A DNA stretch of 64,000 nt from Candidatus Calditenuis fumarioli (GCA_030059665.1 JANVYR010000001.1:64001-128000), one strand, 5' to 3'; numbered from the stretch's first letter, positions 36,508 to 46,872 are shown. Numbers and translations are program-made. Notes: generated from the sequence alone by a model not told the origin.

Positions 36508-37071
36508 ATGGCGTCGGACGAGGAGGGAGCTGGCAGGTCCCAGGAGCTCGCGGAGCTGAAGTCCTGGCTTGAGAGGAGGATCTCGGAGCTCTCGGCAGAG
36601 CTGGAGAGGCTGCGCGCGGTCATGAGGTACGTCGACGAGCTCCTCGCCGAGTCGAGCTTCAGGAGGGCCGACTCCCTGGTCACGAGGAGAGCGACCGAGG
36701 AGATGAGGGCGCCGCATCCGGAGGAGAGGCCGTCCCTGAGGACGATCAGGAGCAGATCCGGAACCGCACTGGCCACCCTCACCTACACGCAGGACGTCGC
36801 CAGGTTCGTGCTGAACCCTGACATCGTGGTTACGAAGGACCACAGGCCCTTCGCATCGTTCCTGCTGAAGAAGGTCCTCGAGGGCTACGTCAACCAGGAC
36901 ATGGAGCTGGTGAGCAGGGGCCTGCTCGACGCGAACCTCGCTTTCAGCTACGAGGTGGTCTACGAGGGCGAGAGGGTCAAGGAGATCGAGGTGAGGAATT
37001 ACCGGGAGGAGGCGAGGTTGAGGGAGATCATCAACGCCGTCCGTTGGACGCTCGAGACCGCGCTTGCCTGA
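36508..37071 (+). CDS. Hypothetical protein with N-terminal coiled coil
   Basis: RBS GGAGG before ATG; heptad-like ELAELKSWLERRISELSAELERL; host-like codon usage. Confidence 0.75.
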   Translation: MASDEEGAGRSQELAELKSWLERRISELSAELERLRAVMRYVDELLAESSFRRADSLVTRRATEEMRAPHPEERPSLRTIRSRSGTALATLTYTQDVARFVLNPDIVVTKDHRPFASFLLKKVLEGYVNQDMELVSRGLLDANLAFSYEVVYEGERVKEIEVRNYREEARLREIINAVRWTLETALA

Positions 37072-37086
37072 TCGCTCCTCCTCCGA

Positions 37087-37962
37087 TCAAGCCTGCGACT
37101 GGCTCCCAACAGAGACGTCCTCGGCCGGTCTCCAGACGTCCCTCAGGCGGTCCATCAGCGTCCTCCTGAGCCTGACCGTAACGTTCCTCGAGACCTCGAT
37201 CATCTCGTCGAGGAGGGACTCCGGTATCAGGCCCGGCGAGTCCTTCTGGATGGCCGCCAGCTCGTCGTCCGTTCCCCACCCTATCACGATCGAGGCGTCC
37301 AGCGCCGGCTCCTCAAGCGCCGTCGGGTCCACGATCACCTTGTCCCTGAGGATCCCGATCATCGCCGCGGTCGGGAGCTTCACCAGCGGAAGCGGCACCC
37401 TCTCGCCAGCGACCTTCGTGACCACCCCGTTCTGGACCTCGTACCTCTGGACCCTTGCCGATGCGAGGGCAGCGGTGGCCGCCAGAACCGCAGGCGCGAA
37501 GTAGTCGCCGTCGAAGTCGAGGACGTAGACGTCGACGTAGACGACTCCCACCTTCTGACCCGGGACGTAGACCAGCTGGTCCAGCCGGAGTGCCTGCGAC
37601 TCCCTGATGCACCTGTCGACGAACCTGGAGAGTTCTATCGCGTTCTCGTCCGGAGGCCCCGGCTCGAAGGTCCTCGACGCGAGGGGTAGGAGCTCCGCGT
37701 TGACCGTCAGGTTCCCCTTGTCAGGCGTGTCGGGGTAAGGCGACCCCAGATCGTACTTCACGCCAGCGACGACCCTCGTCTTCCCGAGCGTGACCATCGC
37801 CGAGCCCTCCGCCTTCTCGACCACGTTCAGCTCCACCGAGACGGGCCTGTGCTGGAGGAGGCCCCTGCCGTCGATCCGTCTGCCCTGGAGCAGCAGCTCG
37901 TACAGCTTCCTCTGCAGTATCTGCGTCGGGTAGGGCTTCTCGCCGAGCCGGAAGACGCTCAA
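37087..37962 (-). CDS. rrp42: Exosome complex component Rrp42
   Basis: RIDGR, AEGSA.VTLG.T, EPGPPDE, SRFVDR.IRES. Confidence 0.93.
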   Translation of the reverse strand: MSVFRLGEKPYPTQILQRKLYELLLQGRRIDGRGLLQHRPVSVELNVVEKAEGSAMVTLGKTRVVAGVKYDLGSPYPDTPDKGNLTVNAELLPLASRTFEPGPPDENAIELSRFVDRCIRESQALRLDQLVYVPGQKVGVVYVDVYVLDFDGDYFAPAVLAATAALASARVQRYEVQNGVVTKVAGERVPLPLVKLPTAAMIGILRDKVIVDPTALEEPALDASIVIGWGTDDELAAIQKDSPGLIPESLLDEMIEVSRNVTVRLRRTLMDRLRDVWRPAEDVSVGSQSQA

Positions 37963-37963
37963 C

Positions 37964-38716
37964 TCAATCGGTCACCTCTCCGTAGGCCGCGAACCTCTTC
38001 TGGAGCGCCTTCTTCTGGGCCTCGTAGAGGACCTCTATCCCCTTCTTGGCCATACGCATGGCCTCCGAGAACTCCTCCCTCGTGAGCCGGCCGTTTAGCT
38101 GGAGCAGCACGATCGAGTTTATCGAGGGAGCCATCCCAACCGGCAGGTCGGCCTCGCAGTTCTTGTCCTCCTCCTCGCTCAGGTCCAGGACCAGCCTACC
38201 GGCAACCTTACCCACGGCGACGCCCGCAACGAGATCGGCCATAGGAATCCCAGCGTCGGCCAGCGCCAGAGAGGCGGCCGTGAGCCCTGCGGTCCTGGTT
38301 CCTGCGTCGGCCTGGATCACCTCCACGAAGACCTCGATCATCGACCTCGGGTACTCCTCCAGGAACAGGACGCTCTCCAGGGCCTCCCTGATGACCTTCG
38401 AGAGCTCGTGCTCCCTCCTCGTCATCCCAGGGGCCTTCCTCTCGGAGACGCTGAAGGTCGCCATGTGGTACCTGCACTGGAGGATGGCCCTGTGGGGCTG
38501 CGCGATATGCCTCGGATGCGCCTCCTTCGGGCCGTAAACCGCGGCGTAGATCTTGGTCTTCCCCATCTCGATGTAGGCGGAGCCGTCGGCGTTCTCCAGG
38601 ACCCCGACCTCCATCCTGAAGGGCCTCAGCTCGTCGGGCTTCCTGCCGTCGACGCGGGTACCGTCCTCCCTGATGAGCAATGCCTTCTCCATCACTCCTC
38701 CACCAGCTCCTCCCAA
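37964..38716 (-). CDS. rrp41: Exosome complex exonuclease Rrp41
   Basis: [40 protein letters not shown]. Confidence 0.95.
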   Translation of the reverse strand: MGGAGGGVMEKALLIREDGTRVDGRKPDELRPFRMEVGVLENADGSAYIEMGKTKIYAAVYGPKEAHPRHIAQPHRAILQCRYHMATFSVSERKAPGMTRREHELSKVIREALESVLFLEEYPRSMIEVFVEVIQADAGTRTAGLTAASLALADAGIPMADLVAGVAVGKVAGRLVLDLSEEEDKNCEADLPVGMAPSINSIVLLQLNGRLTREEFSEAMRMAKKGIEVLYEAQKKALQKRFAAYGEVTD

Positions 38717-39378
38717 AGCGCCCTCCTCAAGACCCCCATCACCTTCTCCTTAAGGCCCTCGAGCGTCGGCTCGGTATCGACCAGCCTGATCGCCGACGCG
38801 GCTGCGAACTCGTTCTTCGTCGACGGCCCGACGATCGCGATGTAGCCGTTCATGCCGATGTAGAGCTTGCACTGGGACTCGCGCTCGATGGTCTCTTGGA
38901 GCTCCCTGTCCCGCACCAGCAACCTCGGTACCCTCGTGGGCGACATGGTGACTATGAAACCCCGGGTTATCCTGTGGGCGTCCTTTCCTCCCTTCAGCAT
39001 CACGCCCTTCACCCCCGCGAAGGCGATGGCCGTGTAGATCACGTCGCCTATCGTGACCTGGGACTCCTTCCCGGACTTCTTCGCTTTCTTGGCCCTGAGG
39101 ATGCCGGTTATGCCCCAGCCGAGGTCGAGCTCGTAATAACTCGGCTTGATGTCGACGACGATCCCTATCACCCGGTCGTTCTCCCTCGGCTTGTAGGGCC
39201 CCCTGGCCGGAATCACCTCAGCCTTCTGACCCCTGATCCTCACCATGCCCGCAACGGCCGAGCGGACCAGACCTCCGTGGACGTAGGTGAACCTACCTGC
39301 CTTGGTCCTCTCGTCCGTCAGCGGCTGCCCTGGCAGGACGAAGTCCTTGTCGTTCACCAGCTCGGTCAAAGTTCGCAC
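38692..39378 (-). CDS. rrp4: Exosome RNA-binding cap protein Rrp4
   Basis: FVLPG, YKP..ND.VIG (S1), MSP.RVPRL, IGMNG (KH). Confidence 0.88.
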   Translation of the reverse strand: MRTLTELVNDKDFVLPGQPLTDERTKAGRFTYVHGGLVRSAVAGMVRIRGQKAEVIPARGPYKPRENDRVIGIVVDIKPSYYELDLGWGITGILRAKKAKKSGKESQVTIGDVIYTAIAFAGVKGVMLKGGKDAHRITRGFIVTMSPTRVPRLLVRDRELQETIERESQCKLYIGMNGYIAIVGPSTKNEFAAASAIRLVDTEPTLEGLKEKVMGVLRRALWEELVEE

Positions 39379-39427
39379 CTTCCTATATCACGAACGCCAT
39401 GTTCATTAATGAATCGGTTCCCCTCGG

Positions 39428-40126
39428 TCAGAGGGCCCTGACGTCACCCTTCCCCGAGGTTATCTTCATCACGCGCTCGGTGATCTCCGCCAGAAGCCCG
39501 GCAGGCGCCTCGACCTGGCAGACCCAGGTGCCGTCGCCCTTCCACTCCTCCCTGCTCAGCTTACCGATGCCCCTCAGGTATGACGCGACCCTCGGCTGGA
39601 ACTCCCCTGGGACCCGGACCTCGAAGACCCTCAACGCGATCTTGATGGGGAGCACCGGCCTCAACCTCTCGATCACCTTCCCCACCTGGTCGGAGGGCTC
39701 CGCGAACGGGTCGATCTGGACGCCCACCTCCTCCATCGCGAGCTCGATCCGCTGCGGCGGTATCGGGGCGTTGGTCCTCGGGTCGACCGCGTTCCTCGAG
39801 ATCAGGTCGATGATCTTCCGCCTCTTCTCCTCGATCAGTGCCCTCCTCTGCTCAGCCGTCACCTGGAGGTCTCCCTCCTTGAGGATCACGATGGCTATCT
39901 GGTAGGGGTCGGTGGTCCCGAAGGCCTTCCTCAGCTCCTCCTCCTTGGCCCTGATCCCCTTCTTAGCGTCCCTGAAGACCTCCGGGTAGACGAGGACCTT
40001 CTGGGAGGGCTGGGCCTGACCGAGCTTGATCTTCAGGGCCAGGTCCGGCTCCACCAGGACCTCGAAGGTCGTCCCCTTCCTGCTGATCCTGGCCACCGTG
40101 TACTGCTGCGGCATCCCACCCTGCAA
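39428..40126 (-). CDS. Ribosome maturation factor SBDS/Sdo1
   Basis: FEVLVEP, VFRDAKKG, LQVTAEQRR, VDPRT..PIPP.RIE. Confidence 0.93.
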   Translation of the reverse strand: MQGGMPQQYTVARISRKGTTFEVLVEPDLALKIKLGQAQPSQKVLVYPEVFRDAKKGIRAKEEELRKAFGTTDPYQIAIVILKEGDLQVTAEQRRALIEEKRRKIIDLISRNAVDPRTNAPIPPQRIELAMEEVGVQIDPFAEPSDQVGKVIERLRPVLPIKIALRVFEVRVPGEFQPRVASYLRGIGKLSREEWKGDGTWVCQVEAPAGLLAEITERVMKITSGKGDVRAL

Positions 40127-40211
40127 CCTCTTCCGAACCTAAATGCCTTGTCTGGGAGGCGGTAACAGAAAGGGGTGGGGATTCACGGTATTTTGGTGAG
40201 GGCCGATCCCG

Positions 40212-42008
40212 TTGAGGCAGGCGATGAAGATCAGGGTCGCGGTGCTGGAGCTGGAGAGGTGCCAGCCTGACAAATGCGGTACGCCCTGCATAGCCTTCTG
40301 CCCGCCGGTGAGGAACGGCATCGAGGCGATAGCGCTCGGACCCAACGGGTTCCCCTACGTGAACGAGGAGCTCTGCATCGGCTGCGGCATCTGCGTCGCC
40401 AAGTGCCCCTTCGAGGTCATCACGATCGTCAATTTGCCATCGGAGCTCGGAGAGGACCTGGTCCACCAGTACGGCGTCAACGCGTTCAGGCTTTACAGGC
40501 TCCCGCACGTCCAGAGGGGGAAGGTGGTGGGCGTCCTGGGCAGGAACGGGACCGGGAAGTCGACCGCCTTCAGGATCCTCTCCGGCCAGCTCGTCCCCAA
40601 CTTCGGCGACCTCGAGGGGAGGAAGGGGTGGGAGGAGGCGAACCTCAGGTTCAGGGGTACCGTCCTACAAGACTACTTCAAGGCCCTCGGCTCGGGGAAG
40701 ATCAGAGTCTCCCTCAAGCCGCAGCAGATCGAGCTCCTCTCGAGGGCCGTTCGGGGGAAGGTGAGGGAACTCCTGAGCAGGGCTGCCTCCGGAGGCGACT
40801 TCACCAGGGTGGCCGAGGAGCTGGACCTGGTCCACCTGCTGAACAGGGACGTCTCGGTGCTCAGCGGAGGGGAGCTGCAGCGCCTCGTGATCGCCGCCAC
40901 CATCCTGAGGGGAGGAGACGTCCTCATCTTCGACGAGCCCACCAGCTTCCTCGACGTCCACCAGCGCTTCCGCGTCGCCTCGGTGATCAGGTCCCTCGTC
41001 AGCGAGGAGAGGGCGGTCCTCGTCTCGGACCACGACCTGGCCTTCATGGACTACGTATCTGACTCGGTCTTCGTGCTGTACGGCGAGCCCTCGGTCTACG
41101 GCATAGTCTCGGGACCGTACGGCGCCAGGGAGGGGATCAACTGCTACCTCGAGGGTTACCTGCCCCTGGACAACGTGAGGTTCAGGAACTTCCGGATCGC
41201 CTTCCAGGTGAAGGGTCCGGAGGAGAGGGCGGAGGAGACCGGAGCTCCTGGGCTGTACTGGCCGGCGATGACCAAGACCTTCGAGGGCTTCAGGCTCTCG
41301 GTCCCGGAGGGATCCATCCCGAGGGGTGAGGTGCTCGCGGTCCTGGGCCCCAACGGCATCGGCAAGACAACCTTCGTGAAGCTCCTCGCGGTTCAGCTCG
41401 AGGACGACAGCGGCCTGAGGCTCGATTACGCATCGGTGAGCTACAAGCCCCAGCACCCGGTCCCGAGGCCAGAGACCGTCGAGGAGGTACTCCGGAACGC
41501 GGCGGGTGAGAGGTTCGAGGGCGAGTTCGTCCAGTCGGAGCTGATCAGGCCCCTCAGGCTGGAGAAGCTGATGGAGAGGAGGCTCGACGAGCTCAGCGGC
41601 GGAGAGCTCCAGAAGGTCTCGATCGTGGAGGCCCTCTCGAGGCAGGCGGACATCTACTTGCTGGACGAGCCGAGCGCGTTCCTCGACGTGGAGGAGCGCT
41701 ACGTCATCGCCAGGACGATACGGAGGATAGCAGCGGACCTGAGGGCGCACATCGTCCTTGTAGAGCACGACCTGATGCTGGTGGACTTCGCCGCGACGAG
41801 GGTGATGGTCTTCACCGGCAGACCCGGGATCGAGGGGAGGGCGCTGCCGCCGATGGACCTGAGGTCCGGCTTCAACGCGCTCCTCAGGGAATTGGGCATC
41901 ACCTTCAGGAGGGACCACGAGACCAAGAGGCCGAGGGTCAACAAGCCCGGCTCGAGGCTGGACAGGATCCAGAAGGAGACGGGAGAGTACTACTATCTGG
42001 CCGCCTGA
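40212..42008 (+). CDS. abce1: Ribosome recycling ATPase ABCE1/RLI
   Basis: Two Fe-S motifs (CQPDKC..C, CIGCGICVAKCPF), two NBDs, LSGGELQ, RPRVNKPGS. Confidence 0.96.
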   Translation: MRQAMKIRVAVLELERCQPDKCGTPCIAFCPPVRNGIEAIALGPNGFPYVNEELCIGCGICVAKCPFEVITIVNLPSELGEDLVHQYGVNAFRLYRLPHVQRGKVVGVLGRNGTGKSTAFRILSGQLVPNFGDLEGRKGWEEANLRFRGTVLQDYFKALGSGKIRVSLKPQQIELLSRAVRGKVRELLSRAASGGDFTRVAEELDLVHLLNRDVSVLSGGELQRLVIAATILRGGDVLIFDEPTSFLDVHQRFRVASVIRSLVSEERAVLVSDHDLAFMDYVSDSVFVLYGEPSVYGIVSGPYGAREGINCYLEGYLPLDNVRFRNFRIAFQVKGPEERAEETGAPGLYWPAMTKTFEGFRLSVPEGSIPRGEVLAVLGPNGIGKTTFVKLLAVQLEDDSGLRLDYASVSYKPQHPVPRPETVEEVLRNAAGERFEGEFVQSELIRPLRLEKLMERRLDELSGGELQKVSIVEALSRQADIYLLDEPSAFLDVEERYVIARTIRRIAADLRAHIVLVEHDLMLVDFAATRVMVFTGRPGIEGRALPPMDLRSGFNALLRELGITFRRDHETKRPRVNKPGSRLDRIQKETGEYYYLAA

Positions 42009-43279
42009 GAACCCCTCGATCCACTCCGGTTGGGACCCTTCCTCGATCTCCTGTCAGCGAGTATCACGTACCGCCTCGGGTACGATATCTCGATGCCCTG
42101 GCGCTGGAACTCTTGCTTGATCTGGTACAGCAGCTCCTTGGAGAGCTCGAACGCGGTGGCCTGATCCTTCGCCCTCACGAGCAGCCTGAGGCGAACCCCG
42201 GATTCGCCGAGCTCCATCACGTGGACCGCAGGGAGGCCCGGCGTCGGCAGCGCCAACGGGTGCTTCTCCGCAAGCTCCTTCATGATCGCCATCGCCTTGT
42301 CCAGGTCGCTCTCGTAGGAGACGTCCACGAAGACCGGGACTAGCATAGTTGGGTCCACTATCGAGTAATTTGCGATGACCTCGTTCTGGAATATCGCGTT
42401 CGGAACCACCAGCCTCCTGTTGTCCCAGGTCCTGAGGACGGAGTGGAAGAGCCTGATGTCCTCGACGAAGCAGAACTCGTTCCTGAACATCACGGCATCG
42501 CCTATCCTGAAGGGCCTCGTGACCGCTATCATCAGTCCCGAGATCAGGTTCGAGAGGGTCGACTGAGCTGCGAGACCGATCACGATCGACGCGAACCCGG
42601 CCGCGATGAGGGAGGATGCCGCAATCCCGATGGCCTCCGGGAAGGTAACCAGCAGGACCGCGACGATCCCGAGGATCCCGAGGAAGACCACGACGGCCCT
42701 CCTGAGGAAGGTGATGGCCGTGAGGAAGCTCCTGTCGCCCTCCGCGCTCGATATCACGTGGTGGAGCACCAGGTCGACCGCCGCGGCTACTACATAGACC
42801 ACGAGGACACCGGATATCAGGTTGACGACCCTCCACTCGAACTCGCCGACGCTCGGCGCGAGGTGAGAGCGGAGGAAGAGCTGCGCGCCGAGAAGGACGC
42901 CCAGAAGGTAGACGCCGGCGTTGGTGAGCCTGCCGAGCCCCTGCAGACCGGCCCTAGCAGCCACCTCTACTGCCACCGCACCCACCACAGCCCTGACGCC
43001 GATCATCAGCCCCACCAGGAGCGCGACGAACCTGGCATTCTCCGGTGAGACGTACAGGGCCAGCTCTGAGGGAAGCGCCGGTTGCAGCGCCGCGATCACC
43101 GAGCCCAGCGCGTACCCGACCAGCACAGCGGTGACGGCCCACCTGATGCCCGAGAACAGACGGGCCGCGTACGGCCAGCGGGAGACGGACCTCAGGACCC
43201 GTTCCGAGAGCAGGAAGACCACGACCGCCAGCGCCGCGTATACGGCAGCCTCCACCAGCCTCGCCTCGGTCGCCATCAC
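41993..43279 (-). CDS. MscS-family mechanosensitive channel
   Basis: Multiple TM, GLAAQ.TLSNLISG, PFRIGD, VVPN, IEISYP. Confidence 0.88.
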   Translation of the reverse strand: MMATEARLVEAAVYAALAVVVFLLSERVLRSVSRWPYAARLFSGIRWAVTAVLVGYALGSVIAALQPALPSELALYVSPENARFVALLVGLMIGVRAVVGAVAVEVAARAGLQGLGRLTNAGVYLLGVLLGAQLFLRSHLAPSVGEFEWRVVNLISGVLVVYVVAAAVDLVLHHVISSAEGDRSFLTAITFLRRAVVVFLGILGIVAVLLVTFPEAIGIAASSLIAAGFASIVIGLAAQSTLSNLISGLMIAVTRPFRIGDAVMFRNEFCFVEDIRLFHSVLRTWDNRRLVVPNAIFQNEVIANYSIVDPTMLVPVFVDVSYESDLDKAMAIMKELAEKHPLALPTPGLPAVHVMELGESGVRLRLLVRAKDQATAFELSKELLYQIKQEFQRQGIEISYPRRYVILADRRSRKGPNRSGSRGSQAAR

Positions 43280-43355
43280 CGGCAGGGGTCAGTCCAGCTG
43301 CCCTTTAGAAGCTTAGCTCTCCCCCAGTGCGGTGCGATCGCCGCGCTGCATGCCC

Positions 43356-43661
43356 TCACCTGCGACCGGGCTGCTGACCTATCTCCCGCTCCGTCTCCCT
43401 CCTCTTGACCGCCCTATCGAAGACTATCCAGTTCCTGTACCACTCCTCGTTCTCCCTCCTAAGAAGCTCCAGAATCCACGCGGTCAGCTCTTTCGCGGTG
43501 ATCCTCTCGAGGTTCCTCTCGAGCAACCTGGCCTCGACGATCTTCGCGATCTTCCTGGCGGCCTCGGGCGTCGCACCCGATTTGAGGCAGCTGACCACGA
43601 CCTTCTCGTAAATGAAGGGCTCCTCGGTCCCGTCCCGTTTGACCACCCTGATCTCTCCCAC
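43356..43661 (-). CDS. Stand-alone ATP-cone domain protein
   Basis: VVKRDGTEEPF..EK, from GTG at 43661. Confidence 0.85.
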   Translation of the reverse strand: MGEIRVVKRDGTEEPFIYEKVVVSCLKSGATPEAARKIAKIVEARLLERNLERITAKELTAWILELLRRENEEWYRNWIVFDRAVKRRETEREIGQQPGRR

Positions 43662-43752
43662 GTCCGTGAATGCGATTGCCGGCACGATAAGCGTTTCCTG
43701 CAGGAACCGGTAGAGGTGAAGGGTTGATCAGGAGTCTCTGCTGAGGGGTCCC

Positions 43753-44205
43753 GTGGAGTCGCGGAAGGTCGAGAGGCATGGATCGCTGATCGCCGGGAGG
43801 TTCGTCAGGGGAAGCTTCTGGGAGGCCGTAAACCACCTGGGTGAGGTCCGGATGGTGATCCACTCCTACTCGGTCGACGTGGACGGCGGGCCGGTGATGG
43901 TGCTCCTCGGACCCGAGCAGAGGAGGGAGGACCTCAGGTGCTTCGTCGGCTTCCGGATCAGGGGCGGGTACAGGGTACCGGCGCTCGCGGCCCTCGAGGA
44001 GCGGCCAGGCCTCTACCTCGTCGACGAGGTGACGGGCCCGATTGAGGAGCACATCAGGAAGGCGACGGCGCTCGCGGGCTCTCCGCCGGAGCGGTGCACG
44101 ATAGAGTTCCTCGTCAACCCGCTGGACTACCCGGAGAGGATGCTGAGGTCACTCGTCTACGTTCCCCTCGAGGATGAGCTTCAAAGCGGCCCGCAGGTCC
44201 CGTGA
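43753..44205 (+). CDS. Hypothetical protein, possibly GyrI-like small-molecule-binding fold
   Basis: Host-like codon usage; C-terminal IEFLVNP..YPE..LRS.VYVP resembles GyrI-like domains. Confidence 0.5.
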   Translation: MESRKVERHGSLIAGRFVRGSFWEAVNHLGEVRMVIHSYSVDVDGGPVMVLLGPEQRREDLRCFVGFRIRGGYRVPALAALEERPGLYLVDEVTGPIEEHIRKATALAGSPPERCTIEFLVNPLDYPERMLRSLVYVPLEDELQSGPQVP

Positions 44206-44973
44206 GTACCGCACCCCCCTCGCCTCCCACCGAGGGTCCGGGTCCCTCCAGACGATGACGGACGGAACGCCTGCCCTGAGGGCCATCTCCGCGTCGGTCT
44301 CGGGGTTGTCGCCCACCACTACCACCTCGCTCCTGTCCAGGCCCATCCTCCTGAGGGCCCTGTCCAGCATCAACGGCTCCGGTTTGCCCACCACGATCGG
44401 GTTCCTTCCGGTCACCGCCTCGATCGCAGCGACGACCGCTCCCGCTCCCGGAACGGGCCCGTGCTCCGTGGGCAGGTAGCGGTCCCTGTTGGTGGCGACG
44501 AAGAGCGCTCCCCGCCAGATGGCCCTGCACGCCCTCATCAGCTTCGAGTACGTCAGCTCCCTGTCGAGCCCGACCACGACCGCCTCCGCCTCCTCCTCGC
44601 CCACGACGCGGTGCCCGGCCCTGACCAGCTCCTCTACCAACCCCGCCTCTCCGATCGGCAGAACGCCAACCTCGCCTCGCGTCTCCAGCAGCCACCTCGC
44701 CGTGACGTAGCTCGAGGTGAGGACCTCGTCCATCGCGGCGACAATGCCCATCCCGTTCAACGCCCGGTGAAGGTTGCGGACCGAGTAGGTGGAGTTGTTC
44801 GTGAGGAAGGCGAGCCTCAGACCCCTTCGCCTGAGCTCGGAGACCACCTCAACTGCGCCCTCCCGCGGCCTGAAGGAGACGAAGAGGGTCCCGTCGAGAT
44901 CGAAGACAACGCCCCTGATCGGCATCCCTGCGCACTGAAGCGGGCCGCTCATTGAACCTAACCTCTCAGTCAA
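44149..44973 (-). CDS. HAD-IIA hydrolase (NagD-like)
   Basis: FDLDGTL, LTNNS, ATNRD, GKPEP, VGDNPETD. Confidence 0.9.
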   Translation of the reverse strand: MTERLGSMSGPLQCAGMPIRGVVFDLDGTLFVSFRPREGAVEVVSELRRRGLRLAFLTNNSTYSVRNLHRALNGMGIVAAMDEVLTSSYVTARWLLETRGEVGVLPIGEAGLVEELVRAGHRVVGEEEAEAVVVGLDRELTYSKLMRACRAIWRGALFVATNRDRYLPTEHGPVPGAGAVVAAIEAVTGRNPIVVGKPEPLMLDRALRRMGLDRSEVVVVGDNPETDAEMALRAGVPSVIVWRDPDPRWEARGVRYSRDLRAALKLILEGNVDE

Positions 44974-44999
44974 ATACGCCTCCGCCCATCGGGTGACGG

Positions 45000-45533
45000 A
45001 TGGGAGGCCTCCAGCTCGAGGCTCTGATGGGAGCTCTGATCTACGTCATCCCGGCGTACGTCGCGAACGGAGCTCCGGTCGTGCTGGTCAGGGCGGTTCA
45101 GAGGCCGAGGCCGATCGACCTGGGAAGGACCTTCCTCGACGGGCGCAGGGTCCTGGGCGACGGGAAGACCTTCGAGGGCCTCATCGGCGGCCTCCTCTCC
45201 GGTACCCTCACCGGAGTCCTCGTTCACCTCCTCGTCCCCGGTCTCTACAGGTCGCTTTTCGAGCCGTTTTCGCTCTCCGCAGGCGCCATGCTCGGCGACG
45301 TCATAGGGTCCTTCGCCAAGCGGAGGTTGGGGATCTCACAGGGTGGCCCGCTTCCGGTGGTGGACCAGATCGGGTTCCTGGCCGTTGCGTTGCTGCTCGC
45401 ATGGTCCCTCTACGGCCCGAAGGAGTGGTCGGACGCCGCGACGCTCTTCCTCCTTTTCTCGATCACCGCGGCCCTTCACCTCGGAACGAACGCCGGAGCC
45501 TACGTTCTCGGCCTGAAGTCGAGGTGGTACTGA
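45000..45533 (+). CDS. carS: CDP-archaeol synthase
   Basis: PAYVANG, GDGKTFEG, GD..GSFAKRRLG, P..DQ, H..TN..AY. Confidence 0.9.
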   Translation: MGGLQLEALMGALIYVIPAYVANGAPVVLVRAVQRPRPIDLGRTFLDGRRVLGDGKTFEGLIGGLLSGTLTGVLVHLLVPGLYRSLFEPFSLSAGAMLGDVIGSFAKRRLGISQGGPLPVVDQIGFLAVALLLAWSLYGPKEWSDAATLFLLFSITAALHLGTNAGAYVLGLKSRWY

Positions 45534-45902
45534 GTGCGGGTCAGCTCCGTCAGGGCGAGGGCCATCTGCTACGCCACCGAGTCGGAGGAGCGCGTCGCCA
45601 GGGCAGTCGGAAACGTGCTCGGCGTCGACGTATCGAGGAGGGCCAGGTGGTTCAGGACCACGGGCATCTTCGGCGAGCCTCTCTCGGTCCTCGAGGTGGA
45701 GCTGACGGGTGAGGAGGCTGCGGCCGCGGCGGAGAGGTTGCTATCGCTGCTCAGGGAGGAGGAGCTCGAGGAGCGTACCGAGAGGTCTGGCGAGGGCGAG
45801 GTGATCCACCTCAGGTTCGACAAGCAGGCCGCCTTCCAGGGCAAGCTGGTGCTGGGCGAGAGGGACGCCATCAAGGTCGAGCTGAGGAGGGTCAGGACTT
45901 GA
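45534..45902 (+). CDS. RNA-binding protein (COG1325-like)
   Basis: YATESEERV, G.FGEP, HLRFDKQAA; precedes the RNase P protein genes. Confidence 0.78.
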   Translation: MRVSSVRARAICYATESEERVARAVGNVLGVDVSRRARWFRTTGIFGEPLSVLEVELTGEEAAAAAERLLSLLREEELEERTERSGEGEVIHLRFDKQAAFQGKLVLGERDAIKVELRRVRT

Positions 45903-46558
45903 GGCCCTACGCGGACATCTGGTGGAGGCCCACCTCTCCGGACCTTCTGCGAGAGATGCTCGTCCTAGCTCGGGAGATGGGTTACAGGGCCGTCGCGGTC
46001 GAGGGCGACCTGACCGGAGCTCCATCGGTGGAGGGCGTAGAGGTGCTGCGCAGGGTGACGCTCAGGCCCAAAGACGTCGGACAGCTCTACTCACAGCTTT
46101 CGAGGCTGAGGTGGAGGTACCACGTCGTCTCGGTCATACCTCCAAGCAGGGAGGTGGCTATGGCCGCGCTGAGGGACAACAGGGTGGACACGGTCGTCAT
46201 GCTCGGCGACGAGCCGATACCGGTCGATCACCACGTTGCCGAGGTCGCAAGGGCGGCGGTGGAGGTACCGCTGAGCAGGCTGCTCGAGGAACCGGAGAGG
46301 TCGCTCTCATGGCTGCTGAGGTCCGCGAGGTGGTTCAGGAGGGGGAGGGTGAGGGTGACCGTATCCTCCGGCGCCTGTGGTCCTATCGAGTTGAGGAGGC
46401 CCGTCCAGCTGGCATCCGTGCTGATCGTCGCAGGCGTTGAGCCCGAGGTCGCGAGGAGAGCGGTCTCTGACCTCCCCTACAACGTCATGCGGGAGAACTC
46501 GCTTCGCCTTGCAGGACTGATGGACCCATCAGGTGTCTGGGAGGTGACGGAGAGGTGA
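45899..46558 (+). CDS. rnp3: RNase P protein subunit Rpp30
   Basis: PHP-like, RDNRVD, VSSGA...ELRRP; between COG1325 and pop5. Confidence 0.72.
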   Translation: MRPYADIWWRPTSPDLLREMLVLAREMGYRAVAVEGDLTGAPSVEGVEVLRRVTLRPKDVGQLYSQLSRLRWRYHVVSVIPPSREVAMAALRDNRVDTVVMLGDEPIPVDHHVAEVARAAVEVPLSRLLEEPERSLSWLLRSARWFRRGRVRVTVSSGACGPIELRRPVQLASVLIVAGVEPEVARRAVSDLPYNVMRENSLRLAGLMDPSGVWEVTER

Positions 46559-46872
46559 GGAGGAAGCGGAGGTACCTGGTCATCAGCGTCAGACCTCCCG
46601 ACTCCGTCGACGGTCAGAAGGCGTTCGAGGCCCTCAAAGACTCGGTTCGCAAGCTCTTCGGCGAGGTCGGTCTCCTTTCGTCGGACCTCAGGCTGGTGCG
46701 AGGTGAGGGTCACAGGATCGTGGTCAGGTGCTCCTCGGATCAGACGTGGAACGTAGTTTTCGCGGCTACGCTGGTCAGCGAGGTGGATGGGAAGAAGGTC
46801 GCCCTGGACGTCGTCAGGGTCTCGGGGACCTTGAGGAAGGTGAAGGGATTCCTCGCAGGGGATCACTCCTGA
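46555..46872 (+). CDS. rnp2: RNase P protein subunit Pop5
   Basis: RRKRRYL, LFGEVG, VVRVSGTLRK. Confidence 0.88.
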   Translation: MRRKRRYLVISVRPPDSVDGQKAFEALKDSVRKLFGEVGLLSSDLRLVRGEGHRIVVRCSSDQTWNVVFAATLVSEVDGKKVALDVVRVSGTLRKVKGFLAGDHS

